A stretch of DNA of 64,000 nt from an uncultured Myxococcaceae bacterium (GTDB taxonomy: Bacteria; Myxococcota_A; Polyangia; Polyangiales; Ga0077539). Each line of letters starts with the position of its first letter. Position 1 is the first letter of the stretch. The notes under the pieces were generated by a model that made no database searches, was not told where the DNA came from, and worked only from the letters and a program-made list of their open reading frames with translations. The stretch is from NCBI GenBank assembly GCA_966211675.1, contig CBIHPK010000012.1, forward strand, positions 6,430 to 70,429, given 5' to 3'. Below are positions 62,867 to 64,000 of the stretch, piece by piece. The position numbers were made by a program, and so were the translations under genes.

Positions 62867-63793
62867 CTAGCGCGGGTCGAGCGCGTCGAGGCAGAGCTCG
62901 ACCAGCGCCGGGTGGACCTTCGCTCGCCGGGCGACCGCCGCCACCGTGGGCACCTTGCCATCGCCCGCCGCCGCCAGCTCCGCGACCGCCTTCGCGATGG
63001 GCCGGAACACCGACGCCCGGCGACGCAGCACCTCTCTCGGATCGACCCGCTCCATCACCGCCGCCTGCACCGAGAGCAGGCGAGTGACCTCGGCCTCGGA
63101 GATCGCGAGGCGCTCGGCGACCATGCGCTTCACCCGGTTTCGCGGCACCCGCCGGGTCGTGAACTCCTCGAGCAATTCGCGCAGCGAGCGCAGCGCCCCG
63201 AGGTCGCTCAGCGACACGTCCACCGCCGAGCCCACGACCAGCTCGACCCAGCGCGAGGCCGCCCGCTGCCACACGCTCACGTAGCGGGGCAGGTCGGCGT
63301 CGAAGCCGAGCGACACCCAGCGATCGACGGACTCCTCCAGCGCCAGGCGCGAGGCGATCTTCACCCACGGCACCGTCTCCGCCGCCGCCCCGGCCGCGTA
63401 CCAGGTCGCGTGCGCGTCGGCCACCGGACCGATGGCGGCGAGCAGCGCGTCGCGCGCATCGGCCGTGCGGTCGACCGGGCCCTTGAGCACCCACCCGAGC
63501 GCGGCGCCCTCGTCGAGCACCGCCGCGAGCCAGGTCGAGAGCGCCTCGCCCAGCCAGGCCCGCAGCGAGCGGGCGCGGTCTCCCGGGCGCGCCTGCCGTA
63601 GCAGGGATGCGGAGCGCGTCGATCGCAGCCTCGCCGGCCAGTCGGAGACCTCGCCGTCGACCGGGACCACCGACCGTCCGCTCGCGAGCGCCTCGGCCAG
63701 TCGGGCGAAGGCCGACGGCAGCTCGGAGCACGCGAGGAGCATCTCGCCGAGGTGCTCGATGCTGAGCGCCAGCGTCTTGCCCAGCTCCTTCAT
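62867..63793 (-). CDS. Hypothetical helical protein with sigma-70-like HTH segments
   Basis: ATG 63793 (MKELGKTL); the track ORF extends to 63844. MVAERLAISEAEVTRLL and PTVAAVARRAKVHPALVELCL resemble sigma-factor HTH and region-3-like segments. The protein is not assignable to a family. Confidence 0.45.
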   Translation of the reverse strand: MKELGKTLALSIEHLGEMLLACSELPSAFARLAEALASGRSVVPVDGEVSDWPARLRSTRSASLLRQARPGDRARSLRAWLGEALSTWLAAVLDEGAALGWVLKGPVDRTADARDALLAAIGPVADAHATWYAAGAAAETVPWVKIASRLALEESVDRWVSLGFDADLPRYVSVWQRAASRWVELVVGSAVDVSLSDLGALRSLRELLEEFTTRRVPRNRVKRMVAERLAISEAEVTRLLSVQAAVMERVDPREVLRRRASVFRPIAKAVAELAAAGDGKVPTVAAVARRAKVHPALVELCLDALDPR

Positions 63794-64000
63794 CCGCCGC
63801 CCCTGCCTCGATGCCGTGCGCTGAACCCTCACCGGCGGCACCATAGACCGACTCCCCTCCGGCGCAAACCCCTCTGTCCAGTCGTTGACGAGACGGAGCC
63901 CACCGTTGCCACAGACTGCCGCCGCGGAGGCAATTGGCGATATCCTCGGCGCGATGGTTCGACCGAGAGTTGGTACTGGAGGGGCACTGGCCCGCGTCGC

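Overview
Very GC-rich, coding-dense chromosomal segment. There are about 57 genes tiling the window, one tRNA, and no CRISPR array, IS element, integrase or rRNA that I can see. Gene content suggests a Myxococcota-like (Polyangia-type) genome: many lipoproteins, Ser/Thr kinases, TamA/TamB, a Rieske/cytochrome b complex and a Gram-negative cdaA operon. That assignment is inference only. Most of the window is housekeeping: tig-clpP-clpX-lon-tRNA-Val, ftsH-folP-cdaA-cdaR-glmM, mnmA, carA-carB, ansA, an amino-acid ABC transporter and a 23S rRNA methyltransferase. The parts worth a second look are listed here.
- A translationally coupled folK / cysK / E1 / cysO / small ORF / cysM / mec block. It encodes a protein-thiocarboxylate (CysO-type) cysteine pathway in which the ThiF/MoeB-type E1 lacks its N-terminal RxxRQ helix. 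A separate 101-aa ORF carries that motif.
- The left end: a pseudokinase-wHTH fusion, a family-4-like UDG, an internally duplicated BrxC/D-like P-loop ATPase, and an imuA-imuB cassette without dnaE2. The cassette sits behind a GAAC-N4-GTTC SOS box in a divergent promoter.
- A PLD(2xHKD)-DedA/VTT fusion coupled to an EEP hydrolase.
- A TilS-like protein with a degenerate PP-loop, coupled to a 66-aa Cys-rich ORF.
- A lipobox-bearing TamA homologue with TamB.
- Unusual fusions: dihaem cytochrome c with rhodanese, cytochrome b with dihaem c, and a beta-barrel carrying a charged coiled-coil insert.

Nothing here is a demonstrably novel system from sequence alone. All function calls come from motif-level reading of the translated ORFs, with no database searches. 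The many long antisense or alternative-frame ORFs in the track are stop-codon-poor artefacts of high GC.
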